A stretch of DNA of 64,000 nt from the NCBI GenBank assembly GCA_018971835.1, contig JAGWZW010000006.1:7749-71748 (forward strand). Direction: 5' to 3'. Source of the stretch: Alphaproteobacteria bacterium. GTDB lineage: Bacteria; Pseudomonadota; Alphaproteobacteria; Micropepsales; Micropepsaceae. Made by a program: the position numbers and the translations under genes. Of the stretch, positions 51,404-61,077 are shown piece by piece (position 1 is the stretch's first letter; the number at the start of each line of letters is the position of its first letter). The notes beneath the pieces were generated by a model. The model was not told where the DNA came from. It saw only the letters and a list, made by a program, of their open reading frames with translations, and made no database searches.

Positions 51404-53035
51404 TTAACAGTTGGCACTTACAGGCGCGCGCCCCATAAGCCGCTCTGGGGGCAGCCAAAGCATCACCGTGGTACCCTTGCCCGGACTGCTTTCGATGGAC
51501 AGCGAACCGCCATGAAGCTCGGCAAGCTCCTTCGCCAGAGGCAGGCCCAGCCCGGTTCCGTCGTATTTGCGGCTCAACCCGTTATCGATCTGGCCGAACC
51601 GCGCCAGCGCGACGGGAATGTCCGCTTCCGCGATGCCGATGCCGCTGTCCGCCACGACGATAGCTATGCCATCTCTGTGGTGCCGCACCGAGACGGTAAC
51701 CGCGCCGCCCTCTGGCGTGAATTTGACCGCATTGGAGAGCAGATTGAGCACGATCTGCTTGATCCGGCGGGCATCGGCGCGCAGCTGGATCGCGTCGGCG
51801 GTATGCACTACCGATAGCCGTACATTTCCGCGCGTGGCCTGCGTTCTGACGAATGGCAGGCATTCGTCGACGAGCTGGTTGACGTCGACGATGTCATTGC
51901 TGAGTTTCAGCTCTCCGGCATCAGACTTGGAGAGATCGAGGATATCGTTGATCAGTTGGAGCAGGTGCCTGCCGCTGTTGTGGATGTCGTCGACATAGCC
52001 GCGATAAGTGTCGTTTCCTACCCTGCCATACAGCTGTGCTTTCATGATCTCCGAGAAACCGATGATGGCGTTGAGGGGCGTACGCAACTCATGGCTCATG
52101 GCCGCAAGAAAGGACGATTTTGCCCGGTTTGCGGCATCGGCATGGGCAAGCGCCACATTGAGCTGGGACGCCGTGGCTTCCAGTTCGCGGTTGGCGCCTT
52201 CGACCCGCAGCAGGAGCTCGCGGTTATGGCGCAAGCTCATTTTGAACATTTCAAGTGACTTTCCGATCTCTCCGATCTCATCCCCGCGCCCCGTAAAGGG
52301 AATGGTGACGCTCAGATCGCCATTGGTGAGATGGCCGATTGAGCGGATAATCTTGCGAAGCGGATTGGCGACGACGTAACGGAATATCGCCCACAGGACG
52401 AACAGCATCGCCGCGCCAGCCAAAAGCACATAAAGGGAAACGGAACGGATCTCCGTATCAAGCCTGCCCACGGCGGCCGATGTTTCAAGACTGCTGGAGA
52501 AAACTGCAATAACATCGCCCTTTTGCATGTCCATCAGGTCGACGTGGCACAGCACGCAGGCTCGCTGCTTTGTTCCGGACGTTACGCCAAGCACGATCGG
52601 CATGCTGTAGCGGTAGGTGCTGCCCACGAAGCGGCCGACCGGCCTGCGGGTCTTCAGAGCCTCCTGATCTATTGCGTCTAGCGGCCGCTTGATCTGCGCT
52701 GAAGGGTGCTTCCGCGCCATATAGGCGACGACCTTTGGCCCCCAGGCGCTCCAAATCCGCCCGGGATAATCGGCGCTCTGTTCCTTGAACCAGGTGTTGA
52801 AGACACCGATGGCGACATTGTCGGGATCGACGCGGCGCTTGAGCATGACACTCAGCACCAGGGCATGGAGCGAATTCAGTTCGTTCTCTGAAATGGTCTG
52901 AAAGCGCTGCTGCATCTCCCGCTGGGCCACGCTCTCAAACGAACTCGCCGCGCAGAACACCAGGAAGGCCACGCCCAGCGCGCACATGAGAATAAACTGA
53001 ATCTGCAGGCGAAGAGCAGAAGGCGGGATACGCAT
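51404..53035 (-). CDS. Sensor histidine kinase with a periplasmic CxxCH (haem c, Tll0287/DUF3365-like) domain, HAMP, HisKA and HATPase
   Basis: TM1, then a periplasmic region containing CVLCH (52544-52558) after YRYSMPIVLG. TM2, HAMP (NPLRKIIRSIGHLTNGDL), H-box SHELRTPLNAI, and G-boxes (DSGIGI, GTGLGL). No adjacent response regulator. Confidence 0.8.
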   Translation of the reverse strand: MRIPPSALRLQIQFILMCALGVAFLVFCAASSFESVAQREMQQRFQTISENELNSLHALVLSVMLKRRVDPDNVAIGVFNTWFKEQSADYPGRIWSAWGPKVVAYMARKHPSAQIKRPLDAIDQEALKTRRPVGRFVGSTYRYSMPIVLGVTSGTKQRACVLCHVDLMDMQKGDVIAVFSSSLETSAAVGRLDTEIRSVSLYVLLAGAAMLFVLWAIFRYVVANPLRKIIRSIGHLTNGDLSVTIPFTGRGDEIGEIGKSLEMFKMSLRHNRELLLRVEGANRELEATASQLNVALAHADAANRAKSSFLAAMSHELRTPLNAIIGFSEIMKAQLYGRVGNDTYRGYVDDIHNSGRHLLQLINDILDLSKSDAGELKLSNDIVDVNQLVDECLPFVRTQATRGNVRLSVVHTADAIQLRADARRIKQIVLNLLSNAVKFTPEGGAVTVSVRHHRDGIAIVVADSGIGIAEADIPVALARFGQIDNGLSRKYDGTGLGLPLAKELAELHGGSLSIESSPGKGTTVMLWLPPERLMGRAPVSANC

Positions 53036-53282
53036 TTTCCGGTACTCAAGCGTGTCTGTGCTGCCGGCTTGATCCAGGGCGGCGAAATGACGGCCTTGCG
53101 GATGGACGCAGTAGCAGCTTCACATCGGGGCGATATTGTCCGGCAATATTTACAGATCGGTTAGTGTCTATGGCGTGAGACAATCTGTCCCGAACGCGCA
53201 TGCAATCTTCTTAGAAAGCATGTAAATCGCGCCGGACCGGGGGCGATCAGGAAAGCGGACCGGGGCCCTGCAGCAACGGCGT

Positions 53283-56200
53283 TCAGCTTCGATATTTCAG
53301 GCGCAGATGTCCGAGGCGCTCGGCCAGTATCGGCATGACGATCAGCACCAGCGGCATCTGCACGATCAGGCCGGAGATGATGGCCACCGCCAGCGGCTGC
53401 TGCATGGCCGAGCCCTGCCCCAGCCCCAGCGCCAGCGGCAACAGCGCCAGGATGGCGGCCAGTGTAGTCATGGCGATGGGACGGAAGCGGTTGATTCCGG
53501 CTTCGAACAGCGCCTCGGCACCGCGCCCGGCCTTCAGCAGCATCTCGTACTCGCTGAAATAGAAGATGGCCACTTCGGTGACGATGCCCACCACCATCGT
53601 CATGCCCATCATGGCCGAGATATTGAGCTCGATGCCGGTGAGCCAGAGCCCGATGAACACCGCGGGCATCGCAGTGAGCGGCATGGCGATGATGGCTAGC
53701 GCGAAATCGAAGCGCTCATAGAGATAAAGCAACAGCGCGAACACCAGAAAGAACGCCGCCACGATCACCACCATCAGGCCGCGAAAGGCGATCTGCTGCT
53801 GGCGATAGAGCCCGCCCAGCTCGTAATAGGTATCGCCGGTCATCAGGCCCGAGGCATCGAGCGCCTGCCGCACATCCGAAACGGTGCTGCCCATGTCGCG
53901 GCCCTCGATGCGCGCGGTGACGGCGACCATAGTCTTGAGATTGTCGCGGTCGATTTCGGGCTGCCCGGTCAACACGTGAAGCGTAGCGATGCGCGAGAGC
54001 GCCACCTTGTGCCCGTCCGGCGCGGCGATCAGCACACGCTCGAGGTCATGGATCGAGCCGCGCACGCGCGCCGGCACCCACAGCCGCACGCCGATGGCAC
54101 GCTCGCCGCGCTGGACCTCGGTGGCGACGTTGCCGGCAAGATACGTCTCCATTTGGGCGGCCACGTCGGCAGGCGTCAGCCCTTCGATGCCGGCGCGCAC
54201 CGGATCGACGTCGATGGCAAGCCCGTCGCCCGCCAGCACCACACCGTCCTTGATCTCGGTGACGCCAGGAATCTTGCCGATCAGATCGGCCACCCTCGGC
54301 GCCAGCTTACGCAGGGACGCCGCGTCGTCGCCGAAGAGTTCGATCTCGATGGGTTGCGGCACGGCGGTCAGATCGCCGATCAGGTCTTCCATCAATTGTG
54401 CGGTTTCGATCTCAAGGCCGGGAACTTTCTCTTCGACCCGATGCTGGATATCGGCCATCACATCTTCGATATCGCGCCGCGGCAGGGGCTTCAGCCTGAT
54501 GAAGTAATCGCCCGTATTGGCTTCGGTGAGGCCGCCGCCCAATTGCGTGCCGGTGCGACGTGAATAGGTCTGCACCTCCGGCGTGGCGCGGATGATCTTC
54601 TCCACCTCGTTCAGCATGCGGTCGGTATCGGCGAGCGAGGTGCCGGGCGGCGCGATGTAATCGAGGATGAAGCCGCCTTCGTCCATTGCCGGCATGAAGC
54701 CTGAACCGACCTGAAAATAGGCGAACAACCCCACGGTGAAAAGCGCCGCCACGGCACCGGCGGCCAGCAGCGGCCTGGCGCGCACCTTGCGGAACAACTC
54801 CTCATAGCGCGCCAGAACTTTCGAGAAGACTGGCCCGGCCTGCTCGATCTCGGCGTCCCGGCGGGTGACGAAATAGTCGGCCAGCAGCGGAATCACGAAC
54901 CATGCCGCCAGGAACGAGATGACCAGCGCACTTGCCATCGTCAACGACAGCGCCTTGAAGAAGGCGCCGGTGACGCCGGTGAGAAACGCCAGCGGCAGGA
55001 AAATGATGATGGTGGCGGAGGACGAACCGGCCAGCGGCGAAAGGAATTCCGTTACCGCCGCGCGGATGGAATCGTGCCGGTCTTCGCCATTGTGCGAAAG
55101 CCGCCGCACGATCTGCTCGATCATGACGATGGCGTCGTCGATAATCAGGCCGATGGCCGCCGCCATGCCGCCCAAGGTCATGATGTTGAAGCTCATGCCG
55201 GCTACCGACAGCACGAGCACCGTCGTGGCCAGCACGGCCGGCACGAAGATCAACACGATGGCGGTGATCTTCAGGCTGCGCAGGAACCCCAGCAGCACCA
55301 GGCCGGCCAGCACCACGCCGATCAGGATGGCATCGCGCACGCTGGCGGCGGAAGCCAGGATGAGCTGGCTCTGGTCGTACCAGTTGTGGATCTCGATGCC
55401 CTTGGGCAGCTTCGACTGGTAAGCGGCAAGCGCCGCCGCCACGCCCTTGACGATTTGGACCGTGTTGCCGTCCGGCTGCTGGAACACCTGCAGGATCACG
55501 GCGCGCCGGCCGTCGGCCGTGACGATGGTGTAGTTCGGCGCGGGCGCCTGATAGATGCGCGCCACGTCGGAAAGCAGCACCGTACCGTTTGCGCTGGATC
55601 GCACCACAGTGTTGCCGATGTCGCCGATCGTGCGCAGGCGCGAGTCGGCGACCGCGAGCAGCAGCTTGTGCCGGTCTTCCAGCCGGCCCACCACGGAAAG
55701 AACGTTGGTGGCAGTGAGCGCCTTGGCCAGCTCATCCATCGTCATGCCGTAGCTGGCGAGCAGCGCCGGGTCGGCCGCCACTCGGAACTCGCGCACCTCA
55801 CCGCCCTGTACATCCACCGAGGCCACGCCGTTCACTGCCGACAGCAGCGGCACCAGCTGGTACTGCGCGATGTCGCGCAGCGTCATCTGGTCGATCTTGT
55901 CCGAGGTCAGGCTGTAGGCCGCCACCGGGAACACGGTCGGGTTCATCTTGCGGGCACTGAAGGCGGTGTTCGCGGGCAGACTTGGCAGGATGCGCGAGAT
56001 CGCCGATTCGATCTGCAGCTCCGCCATGTTCATGTCGCGCCCCCAATCGAAGGTGATCGAGAGTTCCGCGCTGCCGCGGCTGGTGGTGGAGCGGACGTCG
56101 CGCACACCGGGCACGGAACGCACGGCCTGCTCGGCCGGGCGCGTGACCTGCGCCACCATCATCTCGGCAGGCCGGTCGCCGGCGTCGAGCGTGAGGCGCA

Positions 56201-56348
56201 CGCGCGGAAAGGCGACGTTGGGAAACAGCGCCACCGGCAGGCCAAAGGCGCTCACCAGCCCGCCGAGCGCCGCGACCAGCAGCAGAAAGAGGATCGAGCG
56301 GCGATGACGCGAAGCCCAGTGTGCCAGGCTGTATGTACTGGACGCCAT
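53283..56348 (-). CDS. RND efflux transporter permease (AcrB/HAE-like)
   Basis: 1021 aa, 12-TM RND layout. TM4 motif GLIIDDAIVMIEQ resembles HAE-type VDDAIVVVEN rather than the heavy-metal type. ATG 56348 lies 1 nt after the adaptor stop. Confidence 0.9.
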   Translation of the reverse strand: MASSTYSLAHWASRHRRSILFLLLVAALGGLVSAFGLPVALFPNVAFPRVRLTLDAGDRPAEMMVAQVTRPAEQAVRSVPGVRDVRSTTSRGSAELSITFDWGRDMNMAELQIESAISRILPSLPANTAFSARKMNPTVFPVAAYSLTSDKIDQMTLRDIAQYQLVPLLSAVNGVASVDVQGGEVREFRVAADPALLASYGMTMDELAKALTATNVLSVVGRLEDRHKLLLAVADSRLRTIGDIGNTVVRSSANGTVLLSDVARIYQAPAPNYTIVTADGRRAVILQVFQQPDGNTVQIVKGVAAALAAYQSKLPKGIEIHNWYDQSQLILASAASVRDAILIGVVLAGLVLLGFLRSLKITAIVLIFVPAVLATTVLVLSVAGMSFNIMTLGGMAAAIGLIIDDAIVMIEQIVRRLSHNGEDRHDSIRAAVTEFLSPLAGSSSATIIIFLPLAFLTGVTGAFFKALSLTMASALVISFLAAWFVIPLLADYFVTRRDAEIEQAGPVFSKVLARYEELFRKVRARPLLAAGAVAALFTVGLFAYFQVGSGFMPAMDEGGFILDYIAPPGTSLADTDRMLNEVEKIIRATPEVQTYSRRTGTQLGGGLTEANTGDYFIRLKPLPRRDIEDVMADIQHRVEEKVPGLEIETAQLMEDLIGDLTAVPQPIEIELFGDDAASLRKLAPRVADLIGKIPGVTEIKDGVVLAGDGLAIDVDPVRAGIEGLTPADVAAQMETYLAGNVATEVQRGERAIGVRLWVPARVRGSIHDLERVLIAAPDGHKVALSRIATLHVLTGQPEIDRDNLKTMVAVTARIEGRDMGSTVSDVRQALDASGLMTGDTYYELGGLYRQQQIAFRGLMVVIVAAFFLVFALLLYLYERFDFALAIIAMPLTAMPAVFIGLWLTGIELNISAMMGMTMVVGIVTEVAIFYFSEYEMLLKAGRGAEALFEAGINRFRPIAMTTLAAILALLPLALGLGQGSAMQQPLAVAIISGLIVQMPLVLIVMPILAERLGHLRLKYRS

Positions 56349-56349
56349 C

Positions 56350-57387
56350 TCAGTGCGTCCTGACAGCCGTGCCGTTTTCGAGCCCGGCATTGCCCGCAAC
56401 GACCACGCGCTCGCCTGCCTTCAGCCCCTTGACGAGCAGCGCATCTTCATCAGTCTCGAGCCCGATAGTGACGGCGCGGCGATGCGCAACACCCTTGGCG
56501 ATCACATACACGTAATTGCCCTGGGCGTCGGTCATGATGGCATCGTGCGGCACGACGATCCCGCTTTTGGACGGCAACTTCACCACACCTTCGAGCACCG
56601 TGCCGAGGATCAGCCGGGGCGCAATCGCCTGCGGGACGCCCACCACCGCGTTCACCAGCCGGCTTCTGGCGTCCATCATCGCGTCCACGGCTTCGACCGT
56701 ACTGGTGAAGCTGAGCGAATCGTCTTGCGGCGAGCGCAACCACACCGGCGCCCCCACCGGCACCTGGGGCGCATCCTCTGGTTCAAGGCCAACATTGACC
56801 AACAGCCGATCGCGCGTGGCAATGGAAGCGAGTACCGAATTGGCCTGCACCCGGTCGCCCGGCGAAGCGTTGAGCACCGTCACGATGCCCGGCGCGTTCG
56901 CGCGCAGCACTTCGGCGGCGCGGCCGGCTCCAATCTTCTGCTGCGCGCGCAATTGCGCAGCGGCGGCGGCATAGGCATTCTCCGCGGCAGCGAGCTGACT
57001 TTTGGTGGCAAGCTGCTGATCGTAGAGCGCCTTGGTATGCGCCAGATCCTTGGCGGCGAAAGCAGCAGCGGACTGTGCCTGCTGGAAGCTGGCCGCAGCG
57101 CCGGGCGCGGTTTCGATGGTGGCGATGGCATCGCCTGCCTTCACCAATTGACCTGCCCGTACCGATACCGCCGCCACGATGCCGTCGCGCGGGATCGCCA
57201 CCGTGGTCAGGTAATCGGGATCGGGCGCCACCGTGCCATAGGCCGAGACTTCGGGCTGGAGCGCTTCGGCTTTGGACACGGCCAGCGTCACCAGTGCGGC
57301 CGGCGTGCCGCCGTCATCCGGCGCCGCGCGCGCGGCGCCAATGGCAAGGACCAGGGCCGCCAGCGCGGCAACGAACGAACGCCTCAT
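56350..57387 (-). CDS. RND efflux periplasmic adaptor (MFP)
   Basis: Signal peptide, lipoyl/barrel-sandwich hybrid motifs (GIVAAVSVRAGQLVKAGDAIATIE), and a coiled-coil Ala/Gln-rich hairpin. ATGA overlap with the outer-membrane-factor gene. Confidence 0.88.
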   Translation of the reverse strand: MRRSFVAALAALVLAIGAARAAPDDGGTPAALVTLAVSKAEALQPEVSAYGTVAPDPDYLTTVAIPRDGIVAAVSVRAGQLVKAGDAIATIETAPGAAASFQQAQSAAAFAAKDLAHTKALYDQQLATKSQLAAAENAYAAAAAQLRAQQKIGAGRAAEVLRANAPGIVTVLNASPGDRVQANSVLASIATRDRLLVNVGLEPEDAPQVPVGAPVWLRSPQDDSLSFTSTVEAVDAMMDARSRLVNAVVGVPQAIAPRLILGTVLEGVVKLPSKSGIVVPHDAIMTDAQGNYVYVIAKGVAHRRAVTIGLETDEDALLVKGLKAGERVVVAGNAGLENGTAVRTH

Positions 57388-58694
57388 CTTCCATCCCCGG
57401 CTTCGACTGTGACCAGCGGCGTGGCGAGAAGGGTTCGAAGCGCCAGCGTATCGGTCCACAAGGTGGTCTTCAGATCGAACAGCTCGGCCTCGCGGGTGGC
57501 CAGGGACGTCATCATCAACACGTAGGTGGCCGAAGGCAGATTGCCGGCCCGATAGGCCCTCTGGCCTGCTTGCGCCATCTTGCGCAGTTGCGGCAATTGG
57601 GCCGAAAGGCTTTCCAGCTGTGCGTGCAGAAGGCCGAGCGCGTGCCAGATGCGCCAGGCGTCGGACACCGTGGCATCGAGGCGAGCCTGATATTCGGCGC
57701 GCAGTTGCGCGCGTGTCGCCCGCTCTTTGCGGATATTGGCCTGGGTGGTACCGAAAATGGGCAGGTTGAGTGTCACCGCCAGGCCGTTGGTCTGGATGTT
57801 GCTCGTATCCGAGGCCCGGTTGAAGCCGACATTGATCGCCGGGAACTGCTCCAAGATCGCGGTCCACACCGCTTCTTCCTGCGCATGATAGCCCGCCTTG
57901 AGCGCCAAAAGATCGGGTCGCGCCTCTGCCACATGGGCGAGCGCCGTACCGAGGGCGTTCTTTGCGATCGGTGCCGGCAATCCCGGGTCGGCGAGCGAAA
58001 GCGTTGCAGAGGGCGCCACGTTCAGCAGCGCCTTCAGCGCCGCGTCGGCCGCCAGCGCTTCGCGTGCTGCATTGTCGGCCTGGCTCGCCGTATCGAGCGC
58101 CGCGGAAAGATCCGCGCCGGCCGCATCGATGGTGCTGTCATGCGTGGCGAGCGCGCGCGTCGAGCGCGAGGCCTGGGCCGAGAGCACATCTGCCGCCGCA
58201 TGCAACTGCGCCGCCTTCGTTGCCGAGAAATAGGCCGTGACATAGGCACCGGACGCACTCTGGATCGTCTGCCACTCCTCCCAGAGCAGATTGAGCGCGG
58301 CTTCCTTGCGCGCAGCCTCCGCCCCTTCTGCCCGCGACGGCTCGGTCAGCAGTGCCTGCAGATCCTGCGACAGGCCCAGCGCATAGGCGTTGGTCAAACC
58401 CACCCCGTGAATCGTGGGACGATCGCCACTGAGCGAAACCTGCGGATCGGGCAGCAGGCCGCCGACATCGGCCGTGGCTTCCGTCACTTCGGCTTGGCGG
58501 CGAAGGGCGGCAAGATCGGGACTGGCCTTGAGCGCCAGCCGCGCCGCTTTCGTCATGTCCAGCGGGCCGGATGGCGCCGATGGCGCCACATCCGGCGCAG
58601 CGGGCAGGGGCTCGGCATGATAAACCGCGCATCCGCAGAGCAGCCCGGCCAGCAACGCGACAATCAGACCGGAGCGAACGGTGTTCCTCCTCAT
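57384..58694 (-). CDS. TolC/NodT-family outer membrane efflux protein
   Basis: Possible lipobox (LLAGLLCGC). Two OEP repeats, Ala/Leu/Gln-rich coiled coils. Confidence 0.85.
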   Translation of the reverse strand: MRRNTVRSGLIVALLAGLLCGCAVYHAEPLPAAPDVAPSAPSGPLDMTKAARLALKASPDLAALRRQAEVTEATADVGGLLPDPQVSLSGDRPTIHGVGLTNAYALGLSQDLQALLTEPSRAEGAEAARKEAALNLLWEEWQTIQSASGAYVTAYFSATKAAQLHAAADVLSAQASRSTRALATHDSTIDAAGADLSAALDTASQADNAAREALAADAALKALLNVAPSATLSLADPGLPAPIAKNALGTALAHVAEARPDLLALKAGYHAQEEAVWTAILEQFPAINVGFNRASDTSNIQTNGLAVTLNLPIFGTTQANIRKERATRAQLRAEYQARLDATVSDAWRIWHALGLLHAQLESLSAQLPQLRKMAQAGQRAYRAGNLPSATYVLMMTSLATREAELFDLKTTLWTDTLALRTLLATPLVTVEAGDGR

Positions 58695-58754
58695 TACCTG
58701 CGCGCAATATAGCATGTGGCCCTGCCCGCCGAATCTGCGACGCTGCCCGAAGGA

Positions 58755-59804
58755 TTACTTACGCGCGTAAGTCAGCAACGTAAAGCTGTTTGGGAAATAG
58801 GCATTCGGATAAAACGGCGCCACCGCGCGATCAACAGGGCGTGATGGATCAACGATACCCTCCGCCGTCACCAGATAAAGCCGCTGCGACTTCGAGTCCA
58901 AAGCCATAGTGCGCGCTTCCGGCCGCGTGGTCACGGCCTGTTCCAGCACATAGCGGTCCGGGCCATGCTGATCGAGTATCACGACATCCGCATCGATACC
59001 GCAGGAGGCATAAATCCGGCGCGTGGCAGCATCGTAAATGACCGTATCCACGCCGCGGCCGATTTCGGGGCTGGCAATCACCCTTCCGTCCTGTGCGTCC
59101 ATCACCAGAAGTACCGGACGATCGCCACGGCAGCCGATGAAGATGCGCCGGCCGGCTGCGTCATAGGCCATCGCGGTGGGCTCATGGCAGCCCGTGGTTT
59201 TCCATTCGGCCGTGACGGCATGGCGCCGCGCATCGATGCGCACCACGCGGTCGCGGTCGCGCTCGTTCATGAACAAATTTCCACGCCCGTCTGGCGCGGC
59301 GGCCTCAAGCTTCTCTGCGTCCATCGCGAGCGTGCCTGCCGGCTTCCCGGTATTCGCGTCCACGAAAGCTACGGCATGGTCGTCGCCCATTGCGAACACC
59401 ATCTGGCGGGTAACCGGCTCGTAGAAGCCGGCATCGGCGCTCTTGCCGAACTGCACGCGCTTAAGAGTCTTCAAGGTTGAGAGCTGGAAGATCGTGGTCG
59501 AACCGTCACCGTTGCTGGTGAACCCGCGGTCAAGCGCCGGCACCAGCGTGGTCGAATTGGCACCCGCGGAGTCTGCGATTTTCGCCACAACCTTGTGCGC
59601 CTCGACATCGTAAACCGTTACGCCCAACGCCCGGCGAGCCATGAAGAGATAGGACCGCGCGGCATCGAAGGTCAGATAGTCCCAGCCCGTCACCGCACCC
59701 GGAAATGTCACCGCCGATTGCATACGGTAGAATGCCGTTCCGGCCTGCGCGCTGAACGCCGCCGCTGCGAAAGCCAACGCGATAAGAAGAAGCCGCTTGT
59801 TCAT
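58755..59804 (-). CDS. Secreted YncE-like / YVTN-repeat beta-propeller protein
   Basis: Signal peptide (MNKRLLLIALAFAAAAFSAQA). Repeated blades of about 40 residues (...RIYASCG..., ...RLYLVTA..., ...FIGCRGD...). Confidence 0.7.
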   Translation of the reverse strand: MNKRLLLIALAFAAAAFSAQAGTAFYRMQSAVTFPGAVTGWDYLTFDAARSYLFMARRALGVTVYDVEAHKVVAKIADSAGANSTTLVPALDRGFTSNGDGSTTIFQLSTLKTLKRVQFGKSADAGFYEPVTRQMVFAMGDDHAVAFVDANTGKPAGTLAMDAEKLEAAAPDGRGNLFMNERDRDRVVRIDARRHAVTAEWKTTGCHEPTAMAYDAAGRRIFIGCRGDRPVLLVMDAQDGRVIASPEIGRGVDTVIYDAATRRIYASCGIDADVVILDQHGPDRYVLEQAVTTRPEARTMALDSKSQRLYLVTAEGIVDPSRPVDRAVAPFYPNAYFPNSFTLLTYARK

Positions 59805-59816
59805 GCGCCAGATCGC

Positions 59817-60854
59817 TTAATTCGTGCCAGCCTGCGGCAGCCCATACCACAGGATTGCGCCGCCTACGCGCTTGCCCGGCGAAGCGGCGACATAGAGCCG
59901 GTCCAGCGCCGGCACCAGCAGGCCGGACTTGGCACCCTCGGCGCTTTTGACGCGCGCAACCTCTTGGTAATGATCAGCATCGGTCTGCTGATAGACGCCC
60001 ACCGCACCCACCGCGCCGGGCACGTAGATGCGCTTGCGCGCGCGATCATAGAACACGCCATCTACGATGGCCGGCACGTCCAGCGTCGCAACGGTCTTCC
60101 CGTTGTCGGTATCGAGCACGAACATCTTCGTGGGGTTACGGGTCACGACGAACAGCCGGTGATCCGCCTCGTCCAGCGCCATGCACAGATTGGTGTGGGC
60201 GCCTTCGATCGGCCAACGGCCGATAATTTTCAGCGTCGTCTTGTCGACCACGTCGACTTCGTCATGGTCGGCGATATTGACGAACATGCGGCTCCCGTTC
60301 TGCTCGATGCGCACCGCTTCAGTATGATCGGAATCGAAGCGCAGCTTACGCAACACCTGCCCGGTTTTGGGATCGACCTCATTGAGAAAGCTGTCCTTCA
60401 TGCCCACGTCCTTGCCGCCGGACACAATGTAGAGATGGCCGCTGGACGGATCGTAAGTCGCCGAATCGGCGCCGGGCGCCGTCTTGATCGTGCCGATCAC
60501 CTTGTAGCTGGTTTCGTCGAGGATGCGGCTGAGGCCTTTGCCCGAATCGGTGACGATCATGCGATTGGTGCCGGGCACCAGAAAGATCGCGTGAGGTGTT
60601 TCGAAGCTCCTCAGGGTCTTTTCGCGCGCGCCGGTCCTGAGGTTAAAGACCTCCAGCGTGCCGTGATCCTCGGCGGCCAGGAACAGGCGGTTGGTCTTGA
60701 TATCCGCCGTCAGATGATCGAAGTCGCCGGTATAGCCGGGCAGCGCCACGCGCCCCAAAAGCTTGAGCGGCGGAGCAGCCTGTGCCGCGGCCGGCGCCGC
60801 AGGGATGGCGCCCATCGTCAGCAGAACCAAAGCACCGATGCCGATAAATTTCAC
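59817..60854 (-). CDS. Secreted YncE-like / YVTN-repeat beta-propeller protein (paralogue)
   Basis: GTG 60854 preceded by GGAGA. Signal peptide (VKFIGIGALVLLTMGAIPAAPAAA). Blade repeats (NRLFLAAED, HLYIVSGG, RMFVNIAD, RLFVVTRN, RIYVPGA, RLYVAAS). Confidence 0.7.
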   Translation of the reverse strand: MKFIGIGALVLLTMGAIPAAPAAAQAAPPLKLLGRVALPGYTGDFDHLTADIKTNRLFLAAEDHGTLEVFNLRTGAREKTLRSFETPHAIFLVPGTNRMIVTDSGKGLSRILDETSYKVIGTIKTAPGADSATYDPSSGHLYIVSGGKDVGMKDSFLNEVDPKTGQVLRKLRFDSDHTEAVRIEQNGSRMFVNIADHDEVDVVDKTTLKIIGRWPIEGAHTNLCMALDEADHRLFVVTRNPTKMFVLDTDNGKTVATLDVPAIVDGVFYDRARKRIYVPGAVGAVGVYQQTDADHYQEVARVKSAEGAKSGLLVPALDRLYVAASPGKRVGGAILWYGLPQAGTN

Positions 60855-60973
60855 GATCGATCTCCGCTTTCCGTCGTTTAGGTCCAACCCGGCCGGCGCC
60901 TTCGTTACTGGCAAACCTGCCCGGACCGCCGCCGGGAACCTAGTGGCGCATCCTGAAATCCGGCTGACGCTGA

Positions 60974-60991
60974 CCTGAACGCATTTTCAGG
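60974..60991. promoter_or_regulatory. Inverted repeat CCTGAA-N6-TTCAGG in the divergent promoter region
   Basis: Perfect 6-bp arms. A third CCTGAA lies 22 bp away (60952-60957). The same hexamer recurs as a tandem repeat at 63192-63213. Candidate binding sites for the adjacent OmpR-family regulator. Confidence 0.4.
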
Positions 60992-61077
60992 AATCGAAGA
61001 CGCTTGCTATTCGAGGCCGCGTCGGGATCATAATGCGCCCGGAATGCCGGCAGATGCCCGCAACGATTGTTGATGCG

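Noticed and set aside
51412-51428. TTGGCACTTACAGGCGCG near the 3' end of the histidine kinase gene
   Set aside because: The -12 region (GGCG) does not match TTGC, and it lies within coding sequence with no downstream + strand gene.
53283-58694. Calling the efflux system CzcCBA (heavy-metal RND) because of OMF-MFP-RND order and the CusRS-like neighbours
   Set aside because: The pump TM4 motif (GLIIDDAIVMIEQ) resembles the HAE-type DDAIVVVEN rather than the heavy-metal D-x3-D-x3-E type I recall. The substrate class is therefore left open.
55074-60881. Several 390-545-aa + strand ORFs (55074-56363, 56353-57525, 57075-58712, 59595-60881) opposite the efflux and propeller genes
   Set aside because: The same antisense-frame signature applies (Arg/Gly/His runs, no domains). 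The minus-strand genes are unambiguous RND, MFP, OMF and propeller proteins.
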